From assembly GCA_977017575.1 (NCBI GenBank), contig CDRNVI010000089.1, positions 92,912-156,911 of the forward strand: DNA of 64,000 nucleotides, in the 5' to 3' direction. Shown piece after piece: positions 20,477 to 30,637 of this stretch. A program made the position numbers and the translations under genes. The stretch comes from Paramoeba atlantica. Its lineage: Eukaryota; Protista; Discosea. Each line of letters opens with the position of its first letter. The first letter of the stretch is position 1. The notes under the pieces are model-generated. The model saw only the letters and a program-made list of their open reading frames with translations, did not search any database and had not been told where the DNA came from.

Positions 20477-21038
20477 TGGATCTGAAGGAGATAACGATAA
20501 TGAAGTTCTATTATAAGTGGTTTAAAAGACATTTGTTTTTAATTTTTACTAAACCACTGTTCGGGTTAATATTCCTGGTAGGAATACTAAGAGGGTACAT
20601 GAATATTACGAGGTATAAAAAGAGGACCATTTTTTTGGAGTGATGAAAAGAAGTGGCATCGAGTTGACGTTCAAGTAATACTTACAAAAGAAATGGGGGT
20701 ACATGGTGTACAGCGAAACACTTTGAAAATATTTGCAGGAAACGTTGGAAGAAGGGGAGTTGTCGAAAACGTTTATCATTGCTATACCCCTACATGTCTT
20801 GCAAAAAAAGAATGGAAAGCAGAAATTCTCTTTTTGAGTAAAACTGTGTCAAGGTGATCCAATGAGCTCAATTGCTTCGCAATGCGAAGTTGACTGGAAA
20901 ACTGCTTTTATGTAGAAACTGGAGCTCTTAGATGCAGTTTATCGGTACATGAAGTATCGGAACTCCCGCGTATTACTCGCGTTGTCAGGTTGACGAGGCT
21001 TATTGAAATAGAGAAGCCCAATAGTAGGATAAAATTAT

Positions 21039-23159
21039 TTAAGAATGTCGTGTAGTATTATGTTTCTCTCTTTTGAAGTACAACTTTTCGGCTTGCAACT
21101 GAAAAATGTTGCGCTTGAAGTCTCTTTTAAATGTCTTTAAACCCTTCCGTTTTCTTCGCTTACCCAAGTCTAATGCTGCGTCCCACTCCGGATCAGAAGA
21201 CTCTTTACCTATTCGCTCTTGTGGAGGCAACGAGTAGAGATTTTGCGTCTGTGCGTTCAAATTTTCATTATTAGATATCGTTTGATCCTGATAATTTAAC
21301 CGAGAAAGAAGGATGTTACGATGTGTTTCCGCAAGCATTTTAAAGGGAACAGATTTCGTTTTTTTGGCATGAGTGGAATCAATATTTCCCCCCTTAGAAT
21401 TCATGTTGCCTGGTTTTAGGTTTTCTAAAACGTGCTCACCGGTACATACTTTACTTGGAGAAGCAAACGCAAAGGCCGATGAATCATCTATTTCAGATTC
21501 TATTGATTTACGTATATGCGAACCAGAAGGATGCGCATTATTTTCTGTTTTTAAATCTGGGCAAGTTATTCTACTACCCCTCGCAGAACTTTTATCAAGT
21601 GTCTTACGAAACAGTTCACCACATTCTGTGTGATGAGAAGAATGCTTTAATAGGAATTCCTGACCAGTTTGACTAATGGTTTTGGAAGCAGATGTGCTAG
21701 AACAAATATAAGGGGGGTCTTGAATGTAAAACAATATGTATGCCGGACTCTTTAGAACTTCATTTGAAGAAACAACTCTTACTGAGCTATCATTGCAACA
21801 GTACCATAAAGCCTGACGAGAGTCTCCTCGACAATAGCTATAGTAGTGTCCGCAGGTCATCCCATGCCCTTGATGTACATTCACCGCGAACAGCGTATAC
21901 TTGACATTATGTATCAATTTTTGATCTGTTTTGCTAGGCATGCGACTCTTCTCTTCTGGGAAAGAAAAAACGTAACTATTACGCTGTGATGAAGGCACCA
22001 TTTCGAATAGGTCAGGAAAAGATATCGATCGATTAATTTTTCCACGCCCGCTGAATCGCTTGAAGTGTAGAATAAGAATCCGTGGAGGAAAAACAAATGA
22101 AAACTGTCGTGTGGCGGAAACCATATTGCCTTTAACTGTTTTGTAAACATTGTGACCCAGAAATTCCTCTCGAGTATAATGTGTGAGGCATTCTTGCAAA
22201 GTGTGACCCACTACTTCAAGACTTAGCACAGTACTTGACTCATATGTGTCGGAAACACCATCACGAAATCTCACACGACTTTGCATCCATCCGCCGAATA
22301 GTCGACGCACTACAGTGGTCTGTAAAGATCCGCTGTCAAGTGTTTTAGATCCCACTTGTTCCTTTTCCAGTCCTTGCAAAAGTCCAAGTAGATATTCGTG
22401 ACTATCTTCTTGATTACCCAAGTGCATTGTTCGACAAACGGAGCGCAAGTGACGAACAAAAGCCGATGGGGGAAGGCTGCCTTTATTTGACTCAGTCAAC
22501 TGCTTCGTAAGGATACATAATTCTCTACTGACGCTGAACGATTGAAATGCCTTGTCAGCGGAATTGACGCTAATTTTTGCTTTAGTTTTGTCTGCCCACC
22601 ACTGTAGACTGCGCCGAAAAGGATAAAGATGGACCAAGCATTGCAGTATACTATTGAGAAAACATGTGTTGCCCTGATTTTGTAGACCTGTTTGCCAGAT
22701 AATATTCGAATCAGAACCTTGTCGCAACATCCAATCCTCAACAATATTGATTGGTACAAGCTCGAATTTCGGAGTCGGAATCTGTTCTACGATTCGCTTT
22801 AAAATCGGGCTATGAATAGAGTTTTCTTCATGAAAAGTAAAATCAGCCGCCCGTCTATCTTTCGCGTCAGGATCGATGCTTGTGCCAATGTCCTCAGGTA
22901 GACACAGATCAGAATCAACGGAGTGTGTTCTTTTCTTATCTTCAGCATCGAGACTCGTATCGTTCGGGTGCATTTCTGTACCAAGGCCCAACTGCTTTGG
23001 AAGATTGAAGCGTGTGCCAATAGGTAGTAAATTGTTTAGACAGGGAAAAGAAGCAATAAGATCCTTATTTTGCTCTTCCTCACCGATAATTCCGGACCGA
23101 AACTGTATTGGCTCGTCGACGAGCAGACTGTAGCACAGCGCAACTTGAGAATTTTCCAT
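21039..23159 (-). CDS. Ubiquitin carboxyl-terminal hydrolase (C19), USP36/USP42-like
   Basis: Cys box GLQNQGNTCFLNSILQCL, QEDSHEYL, LHFKRF, His box HQG...GHYYSY, CNDSSV; C-terminal EWDAALDLGKRRK as in the USP36 group. Confidence 0.88.
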   Translation of the reverse strand: MENSQVALCYSLLVDEPIQFRSGIIGEEEQNKDLIASFPCLNNLLPIGTRFNLPKQLGLGTEMHPNDTSLDAEDKKRTHSVDSDLCLPEDIGTSIDPDAKDRRAADFTFHEENSIHSPILKRIVEQIPTPKFELVPINIVEDWMLRQGSDSNIIWQTGLQNQGNTCFLNSILQCLVHLYPFRRSLQWWADKTKAKISVNSADKAFQSFSVSRELCILTKQLTESNKGSLPPSAFVRHLRSVCRTMHLGNQEDSHEYLLGLLQGLEKEQVGSKTLDSGSLQTTVVRRLFGGWMQSRVRFRDGVSDTYESSTVLSLEVVGHTLQECLTHYTREEFLGHNVYKTVKGNMVSATRQFSFVFPPRILILHFKRFSGRGKINRSISFPDLFEMVPSSQRNSYVFSFPEEKSRMPSKTDQKLIHNVKYTLFAVNVHQGHGMTCGHYYSYCRGDSRQALWYCCNDSSVRVVSSNEVLKSPAYILFYIQDPPYICSSTSASKTISQTGQEFLLKHSSHHTECGELFRKTLDKSSARGSRITCPDLKTENNAHPSGSHIRKSIESEIDDSSAFAFASPSKVCTGEHVLENLKPGNMNSKGGNIDSTHAKKTKSVPFKMLAETHRNILLSRLNYQDQTISNNENLNAQTQNLYSLPPQERIGKESSDPEWDAALDLGKRRKRKGLKTFKRDFKRNIFQLQAEKLYFKREKHNTTRHS

Positions 23160-23168
23160 CTTAGGTTG

Positions 23169-23182
23169 CTAAAAAAAGAAAA
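23169..23182 (-). promoter_or_regulatory. Putative trans-splice acceptor for the USP gene
   Basis: Minus strand ttttctttttttAG, 9 nt upstream of ATG 23159. Confidence 0.5.
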
Positions 23183-23209
23183 TTTGTATAATTGTAAAGA
23201 CGAATATAA

Positions 23210-23350
23210 AAATGATTGCGGTGTTTGTATAACTACCGCTCTTCCCTCGATTATTGAAAACAAAGTGAACAAAAACAGTGAAAATAAAGAAAAAAAAAGA
23301 AAATACAGTAATAAATTTATAGTGGAAGAAAAAAATATAAAAGGGGGCTA
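23210..23350. repeat. Dispersed repeat family R1, copy 1 (terminal part)
   Basis: attgcggtg..tgtataactaccgctcttccctcgattattgaaaa.aaagtgaacaaaaacagtgaaaata, shared with 37556-37680 and, inverted, with 42211-42302. Confidence 0.85.
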
Positions 23351-23744
23351 AAAATTCACCTTGTTGCCAGGCCTTAAACAAAAAAAGGGAACGCCCTGAG
23401 GAAACTGTACTTTTGCTCCATCTCAATGAGGGAACTGTAATTTGGCTCCACCCCTCAATATGGGGGTGGATGACCCCACCCCCATATTGTCGCTTAATTA
23501 TCCGTCACGTAATTGAACCGTCCCGTAATTAAGCCGTCCCGTAATAATACCACGCACGGTAATGAACACTTAACAACCTGCGCTTCTCCTTAACGTATTT
23601 AACAAGATGAGAGAGATCTTATATATTTCTTTTCTTGTTCTTTAGATGAAAAATGACTTTTCCAGTTAAAAAACTTGATGATTAACTTTTGGAGGAAAAA
23701 TGTCTCTTTTGACCTAATTTAGTGTTCTTGCGGCCCCTCTACTA

Positions 23745-24028
23745 CACCCCCTTTCATTTATAATGATAATTGAAAAAAAAGATTTTCACCTCGGACTGTG
23801 AAAATTACTCAAAAATTAAAAAAAAAAAATTGTATCGTAACTCCTCCATGTCAGGTCGAGAGTTTTCTGTGATCTCTTTAATCCTGTCTTGTTTTTTCCC
23901 TTCGTAGACAAAGTATCATACTACACAGATGTATGTTATTCCTGATCTCCCCTTATTACGCTCATAAATAATACATGTAATGATAATCTAAGAAAAAATA
24001 TTATTATCATTATTTGTGAGAGGGGGTG
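23745..24028. mobile_element. MITE with TA TSD
   Basis: TIR CACCCCCT.TCA...ATAATGATAAT (22/26 identical); TA at 23743-44 and 24029-30. Confidence 0.7.
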
Positions 24029-24506
24029 TAACAACTTCTCTTTGTCGATATGTAAAGGGGGGGGGGCGGATTTACTCGGATATTGCTCGCCCTTTCATAA
24101 ATAAATGGCATTGTTTTTTCAAAATCCTTTGCCCTATTGTATTTTTATAGTTTGGGCCCTATACTACAGTAGCTTTCCACACCGTTGTTTTCTCAAGATA
24201 TCCATTGTTCGAGCCGTGGTGCGCCACTCAAAATGACCCATTTTTGACTAAAAAAGTTGAAAAAGTATTTTTCGGACCCCAAGGGGCCTTTTTGTGTCGA
24301 AAGAATGGTGTGGTTGGAGTCGCATTCTCTACCCAATACGTTCGGTAAGCTTTGCTTCATCCCTACGAGTGATTTCCCACACGCAAATGTCGGATTTAGT
24401 GCTCTGAGAGCAAAAATACGCAAAAATCACCCCATTTTTACCAGAAAATCGGCTATTTTTGGCTTTCCGTTTTTCTTCAGCTTTTCTGGCCAATCTTTCT
24501 CTTTTA

Positions 24507-24601
24507 GGCTCTTCGTTAAACGCGGTGGTAGTTTTCAACGCGAAGCGCGCAGCATGAGTGACTTCTAAGTTGAAAACAACCACCGCGTTTAACGAAGAGC
24601 C
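24507..24601. mobile_element. 95-bp foldback MITE
   Basis: 33-bp arms 24507-24539 and 24569-24601 (1 mismatch), 29-bp spacer, TA on both sides. Confidence 0.75.
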
Positions 24602-26444
24602 TAAAAAGGATAGAGTTAATGAGAGGAGGAGCAGTAATATTAGTGGGCAGTGTAGCCTGAAGTCGAAGTATCCGTTTTTAGAAAATAGTCGATAAGTCTA
24701 CTCGCTCATAGCAATTGAACTTCTTGCATTATACAACATATTCCGCGGCATGAATTTGAACAAGGGTTAAAGAGTAGCCCGGATCACATAATATTTGATA
24801 CACCATAGTCACGCCCCCATACTTTGCAGTTCCTCGAGTGTAGAACCATCGACCTCCTACCCAAATGCGATAGTTCTTCGGGTCGGTAGCAATCATGGCG
24901 AAAACTGACTTGCAGCCATATAGACTCCAAAGAAATACGAAAAGTTCAGATTTAGTGCTTTAAGGGCGAAAATAGGTGGCCAAAAAATGATCCCATTTTC
25001 ACCCGAAAATCGGCATTTGTTTAGCCCAAATCCCACTGATTTCAATTTTTCTAAGGAATATGTGTAAACTTATTTACCCAGAACTACATACTGCCATCCA
25101 GTGCTACCAAATGCCGCCAACAGAAGCCCTCAAAATAGCGGGCTTGCGGAATAATTTGCGCCCTGCACTCCCTCACTATGTGCCTCAAGATGTAAAAAAA
25201 ATAAACCATGTTCCAGGATAGTATACTATACTATACTACAGTGTCCTCTATATACTATACTACAGTCCTCTGTATACTAGTTAGTTAGTACCTAGTAGTT
25301 AGTTAGTACCTAATAGTTAGGTATACTAAACCACAGTCCGGTTTAACATTCCGGGGAGGAATGTTAAGTAGCTACAGGAATGTTAAATTTTCAAGATATT
25401 TTTTTAAGATATTTTTTTGAACGGAAAAATAACTTCATTTATTCAGTATCTCCCTCTTCGCCCATTGCTTCGACTTCTTTTGCTTCACTTTCTTGGCGTT
25501 CTTGAACTTTCTTAAAGTACTCCGTCAGCGTACATGCGTACCGAAAACCTGGAGGACTCTGTAGGACTTGAGAATCTCCCGTGGTGGCTCTTCGTCGGTA
25601 GAGTGGGTGAAACTGTAAGCCACGGGGGGACAAGGGGGTTTTTCGGGGGGGGGATGTTAAAAAACGCATGGGACATCATAACATTCCCCCCCGGAATGTT
25701 ATCTGGCTAGTTTGTCCATCATACGCTCGAGGCGCAGAGATACGTCTCTCTGTGTGACGGCCGATACCATCGGCGCATGACCCGCATACGACGGGTGTCG
25801 CACAGAGAGTGGGGTGCGAGGTAGGAGACGAGTCGCCCATCGGTCATGCTACAGCACATATAGCCATGGTTCATGCTGCAACACGGTCAAGCCGTAGGTT
25901 CATGCTGTCAGATGGTCTATCGTGGATCATGATGCATCATGGAGAGGTCCGTTACCACCGCACTCGCTACAGCATGTAGGGAGAGAGGGGTGCAAGTTCG
26001 CATCCCCTATACACGCATACAACGTGTCCTCCCGCTGTAGCACACCCAGTGGTCCTCAAGGGAGGCCACCATGGCGCATAGCTCCCGGGAGAAGAAAGCA
26101 CGAGAAGGAGAGAGCCGGGGAGGGAAGAAAGCTCACTCGAAGAGAGCGAGCCGGGAGGAGTGAAAAGTCCGAAGCGCGTCCCCTACTTCCGCGACAAAGA
26201 GGGACAATTCCAGCTAGCCGTCAGCCGGAAACGGGCATTTAAAAGTAAGAATATGCCCATTTCCTGGAAAAGAAAGGAAGGGCTAGCAAAATGTACAACG
26301 AGGTTCTGGCTACAGGAATGTTAAACCGGACTGTGGGTGCATTGTCAATGTCAGTGCACCAAATTGTCATACTCAGTGGACCACAATTTATAGGATTGTC
26401 ATACTCAGTGCACCAAGAGGTACATATTTTATCATAATTAGTAG

Positions 26445-26874
26445 CTTTTCTTTCTAATCGAAACTCGCACTTTATATGCCCGTTCTATAAAAAAATCTCA
26501 CAGCACTGTTTGCCGAGAGTTGGTACGAAACAAGAAAAGGGGCAAGTATTACTTGGCTGGCCGTGCGAATTCGCCTGAGTAAAAAAGGGACGAGGCCTCA
26601 GATTATTCGTGGAGCCGTCGAAGCAAAAGTTAAAGCTCGGCTCAAAAAATTTCATAGCCCAGAACAAGTGGCCCATACATTAATCGTTGGTTCACAGGGT
26701 TCCCCGTCTACTTCCACGATTTATCATTTCGTCCGACGGGATAAGGATGCAGGCGGTAGTGTACACAAGGCTCTACGCATTAGAGGAAAGCGCCCCTACA
26801 AGCTGAATAATCGACCTCGAAAATGTCTCAACTGGGAGATTCCTCAGAAATTTCGAGAGTTATTCCTGCTTTGA
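26445..26874 (+). pseudogene. IS30-family transposase N-terminal remnant (frameshifted, no DDE core)
   Basis: Frame 1: KSHSTVCRELVRNKKRGKYY.A (HTH). After a frameshift near 26575, frame 2: VKARLKKFHSPEQVAHTL...STSTIYHFVRRDKDAGGSVHKALR, matching the IS30 pattern SPEQIA...SHETIY..IY.DK..GG.L...LR. Confidence 0.75.
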
Positions 26875-26950
26875 AGTAGGTAAAGACAAGTTAAAAGCAG
26901 AAGGATAAGTTGGAGAAGAAGGATAAGTTGGACCGTATATTATTCAATAA

Positions 26951-27044
26951 CGCTATATTATTCAGATTATTCAAATTACACTACATTATTCAAATTAACA
27001 CTATATTTTTCAAATTAACACTATATTATTCAAATTAACACTAC
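26951..27044. repeat. Tandem repeat, 20-bp unit CTATATTATTCAAATTAACA (about 4 degenerate copies)
   Basis: Read directly from the sequence; lies inside the IS30-like element. Confidence 0.8.
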
Positions 27045-27601
27045 GCAACACATTTATACTTTTAAGTGCACTTTTTTATACTTTTACAATCTCAGGTGTT
27101 ATGCAGCAGTAGCACACACGTTCGTACGCGGTGACATGCCCATTGCTTTTTCTTGGTGCACTGAGTATGACAAAATGTCGACATTTCAGAAGGGTTGATT
27201 TTTTGGGTATCTTTGGTGCACTGAGTATGACAAAAGGGTGGTGCACTGAGTATGACAATCCAGAGTGGTTTAAATAGGTACGGTATACTGTGACCCCACC
27301 TTTATACCGTCACCCCACCCTCACTTGTCCTACCATGTGACATATCCGCTTTCCAGAATTTGACGGCGGATATGTCACGTGGTAGTCCTTTGCCCTTGGT
27401 CATTTTTCAAAATTTATTTTTCGTATTTCGAGGCTAAATAGGGGGGAAGGTGGTAGTTGTGGAGTATGGAGGCCTCTCGCAACTCCGGGGCCTCACCGGG
27501 AACAAAGGTGAAATTATTAGCCGGTTTATGTCGCAGACGGGTAAACAAGATCTAGGTTCATTGGCCCGGCCGGCCCCTCCGTGCGTTCGGCCTCTCGTTT
27601 A

Positions 27602-27790
27602 TCTTACAGACGGGTAAACAAGGTCTTGGCTTTGCTAGGGGTTGGGTATGGCGGAAAAGTTGGGCTTCGCAAATTGCTTCCCACTAACGTCGGACATTTT
27701 TGTCTTGCAGACGGGTAAACAAGGTCTTGGCTTTATTACGGGTTGGGTATGGTGGAATTTTTGGGCTTCGCAAATTGCTTCCCAATACAG
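27602..27790. repeat. 101-bp tandem duplication, with partial copies at about 27531 and 28431
   Basis: cagacgggtaaacaaggtcttggcttt and gggcttcgcaaattgcttccc each recur at 101-bp spacing. Confidence 0.85.
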
Positions 27791-27800
27791 CGTTCGCAAA

Positions 27801-27864
27801 AAATTTGTGAATGTTTTATTGTGCAACTTTTGAAATTGTTGCACAATAAAACATTCACAAATTT
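27801..27864. repeat. Perfect 27-bp inverted repeat with 10-nt loop
   Basis: aaatttgtgaatgttttattgtgcaac / gttgcacaataaaacattcacaaattt. Confidence 0.9.
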
Positions 27865-28593
27865 CTGTTGCACAAATATTTGTGGAGATCTTTTTTGTTG
27901 AGGAAAATGTAGGCGGTATGGATAAATCCAATCCAATCCAAATCACTCCGGATTGCTCCGGACGGTCGCTGGTAAGACAGACCATTCACAGACAGATTTG
28001 GAATAGTAATGGTATGAGGGTAATTCGGTATGAATAGTAATGTACTGTGTGTGTATATTCGGACGTGTAGTAAGTATTAATAAATATTGCGTTTGAAAAG
28101 AAAATTAAACACAATCAAAAAAGGATTTAGGCACAACCATTCAGAACTGCTGAAGAGAACCAGGGGGAACTGCTAAAAACAAGGGGGGATATGCTATCGA
28201 CCCTGTGTACGATACCATACCCCCTCCGGTATGGTACGAGCTCACAGGTATGCTAACCCGGACTCTCGTTTAGGTTAAAAAGCAGCTTTAATTTTAGGAT
28301 TTGAGCAAAAAAAAAATTAAAATAAAATTTACATTTTTAAAAAAGTTGCACGTTAAAAAATTCACAAATTTTTGTTTTCCTGTTTTTTGTTACACAAATA
28401 ATTGTGTTGAGTGTAACGTCAGAAGTTTTTGTCTTCCAGACGGGCAAACAAGGTCTTGGCTTCCGCATTTTTTTCTAAATTTACAATTTTTTTTGAAGGG
28501 CCTTTCTTCAATTTTTTTAGGGGCTCAATTTTTTTGGAGGGTCTCAATTTTTTTTGAAGGGCTCAATTTGTTTTCGAAGGGCTTGCACAAAAT

Positions 28594-28702
28594 ATGCATT
28601 ATCAGTGTGCGAGTTTTATGCATTATCATTGTGCGAGTTTTTATGCATTATTAGTGTGCCTATATGCATTATCAGTGTGCCTATACGCATTATCAGTGTG
28701 CG
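28594..28702. repeat. Tandem array of ~22-24-bp ATGCATTATCAGTGTGC units; sister array at 30850-30914 continuing at 31479-31490
   Basis: About 5 units here and about 3 at 30.85 kb, in the same orientation, flanking the hAT ORF. Confidence 0.85.
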
Positions 28703-30637
28703 ATCAGAGTGCACGCCGTTACGAGAGGGGGGAGCCATAAATAATGCAATGCCGCTTCATAAATCGTGGAGAAACGCTTGGACCCAATTTCGTGCCACCA
28801 CTGAACATCGCTCATACCACAAGTCCACTCGTAATCTTGGCAAGTCGTATATGCGTCCCACTCCTCTCGAGTAAAATCAAAAATAGGTGTTCCCGTTCCT
28901 ATTAGATCATTCAAAGGATGTTTGGCAAATATTTCAGCGAGGTCGTGAACAGATTGGGGAGCTCGGAGACCTTCTAGTTCACTCTTAATAAAGGATGCGA
29001 CAGTGGGCATCTGCTCTGATAGGAACTTTATACTCTCAAACTTGTCGGAGATCCAGCGTGTGACCCCACCGAGTTTGGGAGACGTCACAGCCCGTACTTC
29101 GTGGGAGTGAGTAATAGATTTTACCACACTGGAGACTTTTGTACGCATTACCTCACATTGATCCTCCAAAGAAGTAGCTTGCTCGAGTTCGTTAAGTACA
29201 TCACCTGCCTTCAATGAAACCTTAGTAAGCGTTTGTAGAGCCTCTTTCATCCTGATTATCGTGTCCTTGCGACCTTGCTTGTCGAGCTTTTCGCTATCCA
29301 CAGAGCGATAGAAAGATTTAAAATATGACTCAGCGTTCTGAGTCTCTTCGTCGAACGTAGAAATGATATCTTCAAGAGCTCTGCCAAAATATTTCCCTTT
29401 TTTTGCACCCACACGATCTCCCCCATAAAATATTCTTGACAAATAAGTTCTCACGTTCATGATGGGTTCATCCGCATAGTGCTGCATCGCATCTTTTGCA
29501 ATGTTATGGAACAGATGGCCAAAACAAGGTAATAAAGCGACGTGGGGATTCTGTTTGTGCACACCAAGTATGATGTTTTCCCGGTCCGTGCTTCCTATAG
29601 GACGAATGCGTGAATATATTTCTTCTTCTGCAGAAACAAGGGAGTGGTGGATATTTGCCATGCTAGACTCTATTTCACGTCTTACGACGTTGTTTACGGG
29701 AGCCCCATCCGCCATTATATATCGAAGTTTGGAAAGACGAGCATCCGATAGGCAAGAGCGAAGAACTTCCATCAAGGATTGCGCCATTTCAACTCCATTG
29801 AATGACTTGTGTTTCGGATGGTAAATCGGAGGGAGAAGGAAGTTCCGGTCCACGACGTACAAGATTGCGATAAGTACGTGCTCATTTAAAACTTTGTCAA
29901 CCCCCCCGTCTACCGTCAACCCAAAGAATTTCGCTCCGTCAATGCTGCGCCGAATATCATCCCAAATCATATCGGCAATCCGACGCTCGCTAAGGTGAAA
30001 CTCGCGAGGAGAAGGAAGAATGCAAGCAACTTCTGAAGGTGAGACATCAGCAGGGAACTCCTCAAATAGGAGTCGAACACAACCCAGGAACCCCTCGGTA
30101 GATAGATTACTTTGTGCGGCAAAATATGGAAGGGCTTCGGAGATATACTCTTCTAAAGACTTTGGGTTCGTTGTCTCCGCAGTCTTCACTCAAGTCTTGA
30201 GATTTCGAGCAGCACTCCTTGTAGTGCTTGTAACACACATTTTCTCCCTTGCTGTGGGACACCCAGCCACAAAGATTACAGCGAATGTGCTGTATGTGTC
30301 CCATCGCATCGTTTCGGATTCCGGAGACGTTTTTGCGTGCCCAATCAAGGCACAATCGTTACGAACTTAGGTCACACCTCTCGTACACCAAGTGTCGTTG
30401 GCGATGAAGGCTCCCACAGGACCAAGGATAGTTACCGCCATTACTTTTCCTTTTCTTGGGCGGTGTGCTCTCATCGTTTTGAAGAGTGATTGAGGCATTT
30501 ATAGCTACCTGGGTAGGTGCTTCCTCTATCCGCGCTGTAACCATTGCGGCTCGCTCTCTATGATTTTTAGCAGAGGCCCGTCGGCGCGTGTTTTCCGGAA
30601 CGGGTGTGGAAACGTGTTCCGCTGTGTTATCTCTCAT
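28693..30637 (-). pseudogene. hAT-superfamily transposase, disrupted
   Basis: FFGLTVDGG (D1), YIMADGAPVN (D2), LPCFGHLFH (CxxH), VTRWIS, dimerisation WWHE...F..IYEAALHYLWLP. N-terminal NLS PPKKRK and C2HC/BED-like finger in upstream ORFs. In-frame TAA at 30359-61, frameshift near 30190, catalytic E motif absent. Confidence 0.85.

Larger units (their letters stand above)
26337..27264 (+). mobile_element. IS30-like element (internally deleted)
   Basis: Perfect 23-bp IR (26393-26415 / 27239-27261); three copies of TTGTCATACTCAGTGCACCA-like motif at each end in opposite orientation; flanked by GTGG/GTGG; IS30-type transposase remnant inside. Confidence 0.75.
25329..27270. mobile_element. Non-autonomous TA-flanked TIR element E25, right TIR interrupted by an IS30-like insertion
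   Basis: Left TIR AACCACAGTCCGGTTTAACATTCC (25329-52). Right TIR is 26315-26336 plus TT at 27269-70 once 26337-27264 and the duplicated GTGG are removed. TA at 25327-28 and 27271-72. Confidence 0.8.

Noticed and set aside
24735-24900. Minus-strand 55-aa frame (TAKYGG...ILCDPGYSL) resembling a piggyBac motif
   Set aside because: Too short and weak; no TTAA-flanked ends found.
25985-26010. GTTCGCATCC as a Pol III B box or tRNA fragment
   Set aside because: Mismatch to GTTCRA, no A box or cloverleaf, and not conserved in the homologous 43-kb copy.
26946-26972. AATAACGCTATATTATTCAG resembling the start of a spliced-leader exon
   Set aside because: Lacks the conserved CAGTTTCTGTAC and GT donor; it is the first unit of a 20-bp tandem repeat.
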